From Macrostomum lignano (taxonomy: Eukaryota), in assembly GCA_002269645.1 (NCBI GenBank), contig NIVC01000620.1, positions 372,001-436,000 of the forward strand: DNA of 64,000 nt, in the 5' to 3' direction. Numbering within the stretch: position 1 is the first letter of the stretch; each line of letters starts with the position of its first letter. The notes beneath the pieces are model-generated. The model had not been told where the DNA came from. It worked only from the letters and a program-made list of their open reading frames with translations, and did no database searches. The translations under genes and the position numbers were made by a program. Shown here piece by piece: positions 11,155-22,602 of this stretch.

Positions 11155-14100
11155 AACAATTGATTCGATCGGTTTGTTCTTAAGAACTTTTTGTGACTAT
11201 GAAACACTTTCGCCGTGTTGCTATTGTTGTTCCTTGTTTTGATAGCCAAATACATTCGTCTGAAATCCGGCAACAATCGAAAAAAGCCGACAAACAATTA
11301 AATTGTTACCGCAAGTATGAATGCCGGAAACCATAGACAAAAGGGTACAATGTTAACGTTGTACGTTGTCGTACTTTTAAAGTTTTAAATACAATCGTTT
11401 CGGCTTCGTCTATGGCCCAGCCCGATATCGGGCAGAGAATGGGCCATTTCTAAGCAGTCTTGCCCGCAAAATCAAGCAGGAATTATCAATAATCTATGCC
11501 CATCGGACAGAAAACCTGCTATTTCATTAAAATTTGATACTTACACTACTCTACAATAGTTTCATAGTATAATCTTTTATCAAATACTGATAGACAATGC
11601 CTGTAGGAGTACTTGGGATACTGCTGCCGGTAGAAGCTTTTAATCACCTGGCAGAGCGACTTATTGGGAATTCTCTGCCCTTACAGCCATGAGACCATGA
11701 TTATATGCTAAATTCTCGTTCCCATTTTTTTAGCCTTAATATGAAGCAGCAGGGAACTACTTTGTAATGTTAATATTTCTGCAGTGTTTAATCGCGATAA
11801 ATTCCTAAACTGACAACTATGACAATTATCAGTGACTAAGAAATTCTTTGCGTTTTCGGGTGAGCTCATAGAACTTAAAAAAAAACTGGTGCGGATATCG
11901 AGTAGTGAGTTTGACAAACTTAAAACATGTAGAAAGTCACAGTGACAAGCGCAGGGCACTGTTGCGCTGTTTGACCGTAATAAGGGGATTTGGTGGGCGC
12001 GTTAAACTCTCTACCAAGCGCTTTAAAAAAATTGAATTGCGAAAGCATTACAGAAGCGGTAGAGGCGGCCCATCGCTAATCCACCGCTGCAGCACCTGTG
12101 TCTGTCTGGCCTTTAAAAAAGCTTGGCATGCATGCGCTAAATCAAACGCACGTTTCCTACCAGTGCATTTTCCAATGCTTTTAGGCATGACAATTTAATG
12201 AGGCTCAAAGCTCTCCTGCTTGAGTATGGCTTTAGACGGAGCTTGCCGACGTCCAGATTCGGCAGATCCCCAACCCTCATCAGTTATATTAGGCCATGGC
12301 CTTACTTATTGAGGTAATTATGCCCAGAGTTTTATAAATATCCTAATGATTGATTCTTTGAAAAACCATTAAAAAGCTATTTAGAGGCTTCCATGTGGTC
12401 TATTTTAATAAACAAAATGGATCAAACATGTCAAAATTATTGCCAAATAAATATATCATTAGTATGGCTAGCCTTACTCACAATTACTTTGCATATCCTT
12501 GAAGGCTCGTCCATATCGCTGTCGAATAAGCTGTAGCAGTATTGTCCAAGCTGGTTAACAATCAATCATTCGTTAGTTACTTCATTTGTGTACAATTATA
12601 ATGCGTATATTCCGTAGAGAAACTACCACAATGATAGATTGTGTAAATGGTTTTGGAGGCAGACAATGATTATTTAAGGCTGCTAAAGATACATTCATGA
12701 AACATTCGCCACTCGTAAAAAGTAGTGATTTCGAAGTGTTGAATAATAAGCGTACAGCATGGGACAATGTCTTGTCTAGGACTTTTGTATCCTGGTTGCT
12801 TCTGACGTCTATGGCTATGTTAACTTAAAAAACAGGTCAGAAGGCAAGTTGAGAAGCATGAGCGGTCTTCTTTTATCGCTATAGCTTCACCCCGTTTTCA
12901 CCCCAACTGCAATCAACTCTTGTTCTTAAATGTAGCAGCCGCTACATAGCATCAAACCGTGCACACCACCGAAAATTCTGCATCTGATATAGAAACACAT
13001 TGACCCTACTCATCGTATTTGACGGCCGAGCAACGAGCTTTATACAAGCGTAGGGTACCCCTTGATACAGACGCTCAATTCAACCAGTGGCTTGGATGCG
13101 CATCATTCCACAGAACTTACCCAGAATGCTCAATCAGCGATTTTATGAAATTAAACTGCGTAGAAATAGAGATGCGTACAAACTACTAATCCGGTGAAGA
13201 AACATAAGTAGCCATAGATCTCACAAGAAGTAGGAAGAAACTAGAAGTGGGAAGCAGAAATGGAATAGCGAGCAGCGTTGGACAAAGGTTTGTTAAAAAT
13301 GTTGCTTGTATTTCTTTACTACCAATGTAAAAAAGTTGTTTGAACTTTTATCGCGTAGTTTTGGTAAACGATTCGCAGGAAAATGATCAGTTCTACAATG
13401 CGCCGACCCAAACCCAAAGCCGGTGACCCATGACCTGCAACACGCTGCACCCACGCATTAACTGTGACTTGTAGTTCTACAATTATAAATCAATGATAAG
13501 AGCTAAAGTGTATCAAAAACGTTTATTCGATTAGGTTGGGCAAATATTCAGTATTTAAAAATGTAACTAAATTCGTTAAATACACTCAAGCAGTTATAAT
13601 TTGATTTATAATGAACTTACACAGATTCTTAGTTTCTGAAATTCTGAGCTGGTACTTCTCCCTGCTGCAGCTTTTCTTCGGTGGAAACTTTCCGGCTAGC
13701 AACTTAAGACCCGATCTACATGTATTTGGCTTGTCTTGAAAAAGCATTATTGACATTGCTGTTCGCGTGCTGCTATCTCTCACTCTTTTGTGCGCTTCCC
13801 TTCCTCTTGCTGATAGGCATTCAAAGTTATCGGGTTGCCAATTCCATCTCATTGAATGTAAGTTTGCTAGTTAAATATAAAACATCGGAGCTGGCTCACT
13901 TAAGAGCTTTCTGATTCTTAGGATACTAGCACTTGTCAAGGATCTCAGCCGTTGCGCTTCGTAATCACAGACTAGTTTTGTCTCGGCTCTCTTAAATGTA
14001 AGTGACACATCTATCTGTGTTATCCGCACAGTTGCACATATTCCGTTTGATTTAGCGTACCGGTTTGCTGAATTTCCTATCCTTGCGACATGATTGGCAG

Positions 14101-14489
14101 AAGACAATGGTGTGGTGTTTCAATTGACAAGAACTTTTCGTTTTTAAGGAAAATGTTTGATTAGCTACTTAAGACCTTATCGATTCTCTGAGAGAACAAA
14201 CACTTGCTTTTGAGACTCGAGGTGGTTGAAAAAGAATGGCGAAAGCTGACAAATACTATACAGTACGTCAATCTCTACATGCATGCCCTGCAGCTGATAT
14301 AACCTACTGGCATCGGTAAAGCTGTGGGCAGCTGTTGCCAAGGCAGAGAGTTATTTGATACGCTAAAAAATAAACTCTTAGAAAGAAAGCAACGCTTTTA
14401 AAAATTATCTGCCTTAAAATAAGCCATAAATTCTGAGCTGCAACTCTCGTGAACACAGTTGCTGTGAATTTACCCTCGTTAAGCAGACA

Positions 14490-15227
14490 ATGAGCATTAA
14501 TCTCTTGATATTCATGGCTCTGGGCCTCACGCTCGGCAGTGACAACCAGCAGCTGTATGTCCTCATCAACGGATATCTCTGCATCAACGGCGAGTTTGTT
14601 GAGACCTACTCAAGCGAACTCAATAAAGTCGGGTGCGCCGCTCTGTGCGCCCAAAACCAGCGCTGTCAGGCGTTCAGCCTGGCTGACGGTCCGTGCCAGC
14701 TGTTCGTGTTCGACAAGTGCAGCAAGTCGGTGAGGAGCTGCGGCTGCTCCAGGAGAGGCCGGGTGTTCGTCAAGCAACGGCCGGGACTCGAGGCGGGCGC
14801 GCTGTGTCCGTCTGGCTACGGCATGGACCTGTGCGGAGTGAAGTACAGGCTGTACTCTGGCATCGGGACGTGGCGGTCTAGCAAGCAGAAGTGCGAGTCA
14901 GAGAGCGGTCTGGTCATCATGGCCGACGTGACCAGCGATCAGGAGATGAGCCATGTGAACTCCATCTACTCGAGTTACAGCTCTGGACAGTCGATTTGGC
15001 TCGGAGGCCTCCAGCCAGCAGGCAGTGCTGAGCCGGCTGGCGGCTGGTACTGGGTCGGCTGCAATGACACCGTGGACGCTGCTCTGTGGGCCAACAATGA
15101 GCCAAACAATAAGGGTAACGAAAATGCTATAACTAGATATCGTACTTTAGCTGGTCTGACCGACTGTAGCGAGACAACCTCTGCCACGTCTACCGTCTTG
15201 TGCGAGTGCATCTCGCCCTTCACCTAA
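14490..15227 (+). CDS. Secreted PAN/apple-domain plus C-type lectin-domain protein, 245 aa, apparently intronless
   Basis: Signal peptide MSINLLIFMALGLTLG. PAN-like CAALCAQNQRCQAFSLADGPCQL. CTLD motifs CPSGY, W..SK..C, IWLGG, WYW, WANNEPNN, terminal VLCE. AATAAA near 15286. Confidence 0.88.
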   Translation: MSINLLIFMALGLTLGSDNQQLYVLINGYLCINGEFVETYSSELNKVGCAALCAQNQRCQAFSLADGPCQLFVFDKCSKSVRSCGCSRRGRVFVKQRPGLEAGALCPSGYGMDLCGVKYRLYSGIGTWRSSKQKCESESGLVIMADVTSDQEMSHVNSIYSSYSSGQSIWLGGLQPAGSAEPAGGWYWVGCNDTVDAALWANNEPNNKGNENAITRYRTLAGLTDCSETTSATSTVLCECISPFT

Positions 15228-15477
15228 CGCCCGGATGTCGCGCCGTCACAATTAGCTGATGTCAACTGCAGAAATCGATCTTTAGAATAAATCTGTGTAA
15301 AAACTGTTGTTTAGAGGATGGGATTTATCAAGAGGATAAGTAGCAACGAATTAGCTTACCGTTTTTTACAAGCAAAAGAGCCTTCCTTAATGCCAGTAGT
15401 GGCTTAATATTTGTCAAGTGTTTTAAGCGCTAATAAGGCACTTAAACATGCCTTCAGCCTGTGAGATGAGATGAGAT

Positions 15478-16087
15478 CGCTTCCGGACATTTGCCCTCCG
15501 GCACTTCCCCTCCGGCACTTGCCCTCCGGCACTTCCCCTCGGCGGCGTTTGCCCTCCGGACATTTGCCCTCCGGGACATTTGCCCTCCGGACATTTGCCC
15601 TCCGGACATTTCCCCTCGGGGACATTTGCCCTCGGGGACATTTGCCCTCCGGACATTTGCCCTCCGGACATTTGCCCTCCGGACATTTCCCCTCCGCACA
15701 TTTGCCCTCTGCAAATTTACCCCCTCGCACATTACTCACCTCACCTCCTCCTGTACCCACCCGTCGTTCCTCCAGCACCAACCTCATCCTCCCGCCTCTT
15801 GCATCCATCAGGTTCTTCTCCAGCCAACAACTCATCCTTTTCTAGTAAGCAATATATACCCGCGCCCTACCCTATCCCCAGCCTTACCTGTACTTTTCCA
15901 GACGGGAAATGTCCGGAGGGCAAATGTCCGGAGGGGAAATGTCCCCGAGGGCAAATGTCCCCGAGGGCAAATGTCCGGAGGGCAAATGTCCGGAGGGCAA
16001 ATGTCCTCGAGGGCAAATGTCCGGAGGGGAAATGCCGGAGGGCAAATGTCCGGAGGGCAAATGCCGGAGGGCAAATGTCCGGTAGCC
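15478..16087. mobile_element. Foldback-type MITE, 610 bp, with inverted arrays of a 15-bp subrepeat and an 8-bp TSD
   Basis: Ends (C/G)GCT(T/A)CCGGACATTTGCCCTCCGG in inverted orientation. GACATTTGCCCTCCG arrays at 15478-15715 and 15900-16087. GATGAGAT duplicated at 15470-15477 and 16088-16095. Confidence 0.85.
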
Positions 16088-16832
16088 GATGAGATAAATG
16101 TGGTATGAGGGATGTGGAAGAGAGAATAAGAGAGGTGACAGAAGTGAGGAGAGACGAGAGGAGGATGAGAGGAAAGTAGATAAGAGGAGAGAACTTAGAA
16201 GAGACACTAACTAATAGGCCGGATTGCAACAGCAAAGTTTCAAAGGACTCGAAGGCAGGATAGAGAGGCTTCACTGGCCGCAGCATACAGTAACAGTACT
16301 ACAGCGGCGACGTGTAGTACTTTTCTTTAAAAAAAATTTCATCACTTTAGCAACAAACTTAATGATCACTTCAGCTGTCCATTTTTACTGTCCAGATAGC
16401 TTAAAGCCGTAGGAGCGATGAATGCTAAAAATTGACTGTTCCAATCTCATTGCTTTAAATAGTAATTGTTTCGACACAAACTGCAGATCATTGCAACTAT
16501 TCATAAAAAAACTATTTTCCATAATTTTCTTGAGTGTCATTTTAAGAAATAGTTTCCAAATTCATAACTCAGCGCCGACGAACAAAAAGTGAACTAAAGT
16601 TTCTAAATGAACTAGAGAACTAAACTACTGAGTTAAACTATTGAGTATTGAACTAAAGTGAGCACGGAGCAGGTTAGGGGAGCTTGTCGAACTGGGCTAA
16701 TAGAGCTCCTGAGGGGATGGGATGGCCCAGGAAACCATATTCCGTCCCTGACTATAGCATAGTAGGGGACAATTTAGTCCCATAATCTGCTTTGTTTACT
16801 TTAGCAAAGGGCAAAGTCCAAGGGTGCCGAGT

Positions 16833-17575
16833 ATTGTAGGGAGGAGAGAGGCGGCAGAGAGAAGGACAGGTCGTAGGGAGAAAATAGGGGGCAGAGAGGA
16901 CAAGGTCGTAGGGAGGAGAGAGGCGGCAGAGAGGACAAGGTCGTAGGGAGGAGAGAGGCGGCAGAGAGGACAGGTCGTAGGGAGGAGAGAGGCGGCAGAG
17001 AGGACAAGGTCGTAGGGAGGAGAGAGGCGGCAGAGAGGACAAGGTCGTAGGGAGGAGAGAGGCGGCAGAGAGGACAAGGTCGTAGGGAGGAGAGAGGCGG
17101 CAGAGAGGACAAGGTCGTAGGGAGGAGAGAGGCGGCAGAGAGGACAAGGTCGTAGGGGGAGAGAGGCGGCAGAGAGGACAAGGTCGTAGGGAGGAGAGAG
17201 GCGGCAGAGAGGACAAGGTCGTAGGGAGGAGAGAGGCGGCAGAGAGGACAAGGTCGTAGGGAGGAGAGAGGCGGCAGAGAGGACAAGGTCGTAGGGAGGA
17301 GAGAGGCGGCAGAGAGGACAAGGTCGTAGGGAGGAGAGAGGCGGCAGAGAGGACAAGGTCGTAGGGAGGAGAGAGGCGGCAGAGAGGACAAGGTCGTAGG
17401 GAGGAGAGAGGCGGCAGAGAGGACAAGGTCGTAGGGAGGAGAGAGGCGGCAGAGAGGACAAGGTCGTAGGGAGGAGAGAGGCGGCAGAGAGGACAAGGTC
17501 GTAGGGAGGAGAGAGGCGGCAGAGAGGACAAGGTCGTAGGGAGAAGATAGGGGGCAGAGAGGACAGGTCGTAGGG
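16833..17575. repeat. 35-bp minisatellite, about 21 copies
   Basis: AGGACAAGGTCGTAGGGAGGAGAGAGGCGGCAGAG head-to-tail. Explains ORFs 16752-17531. Confidence 0.97.
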
Positions 17576-17618
17576 AGTATCAGAGTATCAGAGTATCAGA
17601 TTACCTGAGTATCAGAAT

Positions 17619-18755
17619 TTGCCAGGTTATGTGCGCCAGTTCGAAGACAGAATTAATGAGACCACCGCCCTAGCAAAAAAGAGAATCCGTGCTCAGCAGG
17701 ATTTGCGCGAAGATCACTTTGCCGGGAAACCACAAGTGAAGCCGCTGCAGCCAGGACAATTAGTGTTCTTGGCGAATCCAGTGCTAGAGGCAGGTGAGGC
17801 ACCAAAATTCCTAGACCGCGGGAGGCCGTCTATGAGGTGATCGAGCAGAAAGGCCAGTTGGTCTACAAGATCCGTCGCCAGGTCAAAAACACTCGAAAAA
17901 AGTGCTCGTAGTGTACCGGAAGAATCTGCACCCCGTGCAAACTGCTGACTATCTGCCACAGGTCGTAGACGCATTGAACCCAACGTACAAACAGCGACGT
18001 CAACCGGCGCCGTCAACCGGCGCCGTCAACCGGCGCCACAGGCTACTACCAAAGCGCCCGGCTGCCACGCTGAGCCCTGCACTGAGAAATCCGACGAGGA
18101 TGAATACGAGAGCATCGTCGACTTGAATAGGGCGCACCCAGCTGGCGTCGCCGCGGCGCTGTGGACAACTCGCTTGCCGCTGCAAGCGCGATCGCGAGGC
18201 GCCAATGTCAAAACCGTTGAACAAAGAGCTGAAATGGAGAGCGGAGATTTTGCGCCAATTGAGGTTGCAAAATTGCCATTACGCGACCCGAACCCATGCG
18301 AATCTCCTGATCCCACGATATGCGTCTCGCCTGTCCAGGTTAATTAATCGAATCTTTCGCCGAAAATGAATTGCCTTACAGCGACAGAAATGTCATCCGA
18401 AATCAATAATCTTGAAGCTCCTGACCGTGTTCCGATCCGGCCCAAGCTGCCGGCAGGCGCTAAGGCCACGGTCGCCGGCAGGGTAGCTGACCTCAAAGGG
18501 CAAGGAAGACTCAAACTGAAGATCTTGGTGGTGACTCCGCCGCCCAGCGAAGTGCCAAGAATGACCTACATGGAGGAAGAGCTGGTAGTCCATGCCCCAG
18601 GTTCGCCGCCACGCCTAAACCGGCTAGTGTCAACAGGCAGCAGCATCGCCTTGGTGCAGCGAGCCGGTAGCTCGCACCCAGTGGACTATGGCGCTGACCA
18701 GGCGGCGCGCTGTCGAGAAAAAGGAAGCGATCCCATAGGTCTCTCAACGAGATGA
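17619..18755 (+). mobile_element. Degenerate 3' fragment of a second Gypsy pol (integrase C-terminal region plus extension)
   Basis: YVRQFEDRINET..LAKKRI..QQ, LQPGQLVFL..P......PKF, then after a frameshift YEVIEQKGQLVYKI and VYRKNLHP, typical of the post-core integrase region. Confidence 0.65.
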
Positions 18756-19800
18756 GATTGTAAAGATGAGAGAGATGAAAGGAAAGATTAGAGAGTAGAG
18801 TAGAGATGAGAGATGAAGGAAGAGAGAGCAGAGTGCAGAGAGACGAGAGAAGAGAATAGAGGGGAGAGAGTATAGAAGAGGGAAGAGAAGAGAGGAGTAA
18901 GGAAAGAGAGGAGTCAGAAGAGGGAAAAGAGAAGAGTAAACAGGAGAGAAGAGAGTAGAGATGACAGAAGAGAGAGGGGGATGAAAGAGCAAAGATGAGA
19001 ATGAACAGACGATATAAGAGAGGAAAGAGGAGAGTGGATAGAGAAGAGAGAAGACAAGAGAGGGAAAGAGTGTACAAGAGGGAAGAGAAGAGAAGAGAAA
19101 AAAGGAGAAAGGTAAGAGAGGAGTCAAAAGAGAGGAAAGAGTACAGAGGAGAGAGGTGACAGAATATACGAGTGTAAGAGAGTAAAGATAACAGATGAGA
19201 GAGGGGATAAGAGATGACAGATAAGAGAGCAGAAACGAGAATGAACAGACGAAAGATGGGTGAGTAGAGAGAAAAGAGAAGAGTTAAAAAATAAAACATG
19301 AGAGATGAGAGGTGAGACAAGGGGGAAGAGAAGTGAGTGAGGAGAGAGGAGAGGAGAGGAGAGAATCGAGAGGACGGGGAAAGAGGGGAAGGACGAAAGA
19401 GTGAGGAAAGAGACGATAGAAGAGATGAGAGAAGAGAGTGGAGAGGAGAGAGGGGAGAGTTGAGAGAAGAGAGGAGAAAGGAGAGAAGAGAGATGAGGGA
19501 AGTGTTGAGAGGTTAAAGTAAGGAATGAGAAGAGAGAAGAGGGAAGAGAGAGTAAAGTGGAGAGAGGAGAGGGGAGAGTTGAGAGGAGAGGAGAAAGGAG
19601 AGAAGAGAGAGCAGAGGCTAGAGAGAAGAGAGAAGAGGAGACAGAGAAAATAATAGAGGGGAGAGGTAACAGATGAGAAGAGGGGAGAGAGGAGAGAAGA
19701 AAGAAGAGATGAGAGAAGAGAGAAGAGACGAGAGACAAGAGAGAAAAGAGGAAACAGAAGAGAAAATAGAAGTTTCAAAGGATTCAAGGGACATAGGGAG
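18756..19800. repeat. GA-rich low-complexity tract
   Basis: About 1 kb of purine-only mosaic. Similar shorter tracts lie at about 16100-16215, 20905-21055 and 41755-41955. Confidence 0.95.
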
Positions 19801-20058
19801 AGGCAGAGGTAGAGGCCAGTGTTTGCCTGACATTCTACGCAGCACCCCAGCTAACAATATCAATGTTTGCCTCAAATCCTAATTTTACACAAATGTACTC
19901 GATTTTATGTTTAACTATATCCTAACTATTAACAAGTTTTTTGTTTGAGTTTAACCTAAGATTTTAGAGTACATACAAAAATAGTTCTGGGGATTGGAAT
20001 TCCCCGGGTTCAAAATCCGCGCGTTTCAATAGCTTGTTTTAATATAATAATATTTTAA
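19790..20058 (+). repeat. Dispersed non-autonomous repeat, copy 1
   Basis: Shares GAGAGGCAGAGG..CCAG.GTTTGCC, CTGACATTCT.CGCAGCACCCCAGC and GGGGATTGGAATTCC...TAGCTTGT with 29430-29627. Confidence 0.75.
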
Positions 20059-20824
20059 GCATATTTATCGTTTGATCAATAAATTTAGCCTATCTTGAAT
20101 AATTTGCCCGTGGGGCATAAAACAACCAATTAATCTTAACTCCGAACCAGCTCTGAGAAATCAACGTCCCGAAATACGTAAATTACGGTGGTGGCAGCGC
20201 TACTCTACTGTTAGTAAGCAACTAAGAAAATCGACGTACATTGAATTTGCGGTGTCTAAGGACCCAATTGAACGACCGTGCCTGTTAACGACCGCTCGAC
20301 TACGATTACGACTACCCCCCTCCCCCCACCCGGAATTAAGGACCCAGCAGACGGAGTATTCAGGAGAAATTCGTTGAGATTCGACTGCGTGATTTTCCGG
20401 TATTATTCCTGCGAACTCAGCTCCGGCGGCAATTCAAATTTTTTCATCCGCCCAACCACCAAAGCTCTCTTTTTTTCTCCACCTTTATACTCGTAAATTT
20501 CATCATAGATTTATGATTTTTAAAGTTGATATGAGAATGCAGCGAATTACTATTAAGTTATTGTGATTCATTTAACACAGTATTGAAGTAAAGCAAAAAT
20601 TATCCAGACACCACAAATTTTCTCAAGACCTCTGGCAGTAAATTATGACGCTACACTGGAAGAACGAAAAAAAGTAATTTTTTTAGGCTGATATCCATCA
20701 AATATTGCTCTGCGGAAAGAGGAAAAAGTCATTTATTGATCACAAAATCAATGATGCATTTGATGTCGGTTAATGAAGATTACCATACTTCTAATTTGTT
20801 TGTTTGTACCACTAACTCAGCCCT

Positions 20825-21120
20825 CAGGGGTCGGCAAACTTTTTTAATTCAGCCGTCAAGGGCCAGATTGATAACTTAGCACATGACTGCGGACCATAGT
20901 GGGGAGAGACGAGAGAAGGAAGAGGAAAGGAAATGAGAGAGTAGAGAGGAGAGGAGAGGAGAGAATATAGAGAGAGGAAGGGAAAGAGAAGAGATAGGAA
21001 ATTAGAGAGAAAAGAGAAGAGATAGGAAATTAGAGAGAAAAGAGAAATGAGAGAGGCCGGATCGCTATTGTGAATTTTCAATGGACCCGAGGGCCGGATG
21101 GAGAAGTTTCTTTCTCCATT
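20825..21120 (+). mobile_element. Left end of a hAT/Charlie-type non-autonomous element, other end not found
   Basis: Starts CAGGGGTCGGCAAAC followed by GGGCCAGAT and later GGGCCGGAT motifs, as in hAT/Charlie ends. Confidence 0.6.
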
Positions 21121-21621
21121 CTCCACGATTTTAACAAAATTGAAAGAGCTTTTTTGAAAGGGATTTTCAGAATATAGTTGGGAGCTGTTAAAATGCTCAA
21201 GTGGAATTTGAATCTAACAAATATCTAAATAGATTTCTCAGGTAAACTTAGTGTTAGAAGAAATGGAATTTCTAGAATAAAGAAGCCTAACTGATTTGAA
21301 TCGGGTGCAGTGTCGCCACCCCAGCGAATTTGAATCGCTGGGCGATTTTAAATGGCTACGAGCTACTAAGCGATATTTGTCATATTCAGCAAATTTCAGT
21401 GATTTTTTTATATTGGGCCTTAAAATCGTGAAATATGACTGGAACTCTATGATCTAAATAATTAAATATTTCAAAGTCTATGAATAAAACTCTATGATTT
21501 TCGTAATAATCACAGAGATTCTAGGGATAAGAATCATGGTCAAAAGTTTTTGTGTTGTGTTGTGTTGTTTATAACAGTTGTACACTCTTTCTAAGAACTT
21601 CCCTATTTTTGCCTCTCAGAT

Positions 21622-22602
21622 ATGTTTCACACGGCAGCCTAACCGTTTTTGAGCGAGCACGGAGTTCTAAGTGAGTAACCTTTTATTAAAAGCGCTAACA
21701 CCCACCTTATTAAACTGTTTGTACAAGTTTGTAGCACCTAGCACGGACATTAGCATTTAGTCTGGTCAAATATTTCTGGTTATCCCTGTATGTACGCAGG
21801 ACGAGAAAAAACGCTCTGAGGCAGAGGGCTAAAGATCGTCCGAGATATTTAAAAGCAGCCTTCTGGTCGACTTGAAACGAGTTAAAAAAATTTCTGTGTC
21901 GTTATTCCTCCAGCCATACCAACAGATAAGCCCGAATGTTACGTTTCTGATGGAGTATCTTCCAGAGTTCAAGAGGAATTAACTGCAGCGGTGAAACAGC
22001 TTTCTGATATCATCAAGAAAGGAGAGGAATATTATCGAGAAGAAAAAATCGCTTCTCAAGCCCGAATGGAAGCTACGACAGAAGCAGCAGTTCCAGCTGA
22101 ACCTACCGGACCTTCCAACGCTTTTCGCGATGTGAAGAAGCTGAGACGGTCAATCCAGGAGAGAGCAACGACTGCTTTCAAGAGAAGTGGAAACAGAGTC
22201 CCGATTCCATGGAAGCAAATGGAGAGTGACAAGCAAAATAAAACCAGATTTGCACGCGGAAGATTTTCTCTTGATTTCAAGTCACCCCATCATTTAAACA
22301 GGGCGGAATGTGTTCAGTTGGCCGAAAAGTTGGAAAATACGTATTTGGTATTTGTCAACTACCAACATTCTGACCTTGTTGCAGATGCAGTGCATTCGGC
22401 CCAGCCGGCCCCAGAGACGGCCCAGCCGACACCAGCCACGGCCGCTGCAACAATAGCCACGAGTGCTAAAATGAACATCCCGGCAGACAAACCTGATGAG
22501 TTTGATAACTACGAGCTTGGATCTGGAACCAGCGCTTATCAAGAATTTTTCACAAGGACCAAAGCAGTGCAACAGTGCCAGCACAGCCGCAGGGAGCTGC
22601 TA
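21622..22602 (+). pseudogene. Exons of an unknown host gene interrupted by the Chapaev element; continues at 25813-25839
   Basis: AG/GT-bounded exons at 21622-21671 and from 21800, and a large exon from 21914 (acceptor ttattcctccag) open through ORF 21991..22611. Internal repeat IPTDKPECY / IPADKPDEFDNY. Donor CAG|GTATGT at 25839. Confidence 0.45.

Noticed and set aside
11700-14200. Several 60-97-aa ORFs in AT-rich DNA
   Set aside because: No recognisable motifs or consistent splice pattern.
15404-17531. Many ORFs with GQMSG/PDICP or LSSLPP repeats (also 18511-19875, 46202-47326, 49528-49896, 55071-55643, 56218-56709)
   Set aside because: Translations of stop-free tandem or low-complexity repeats.
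21630-21650. CACGG followed by CAGCCTAACCGT, matching both Chapaev ends
   Set aside because: Only 5+12 bp with no TSD; cannot be distinguished from chance.
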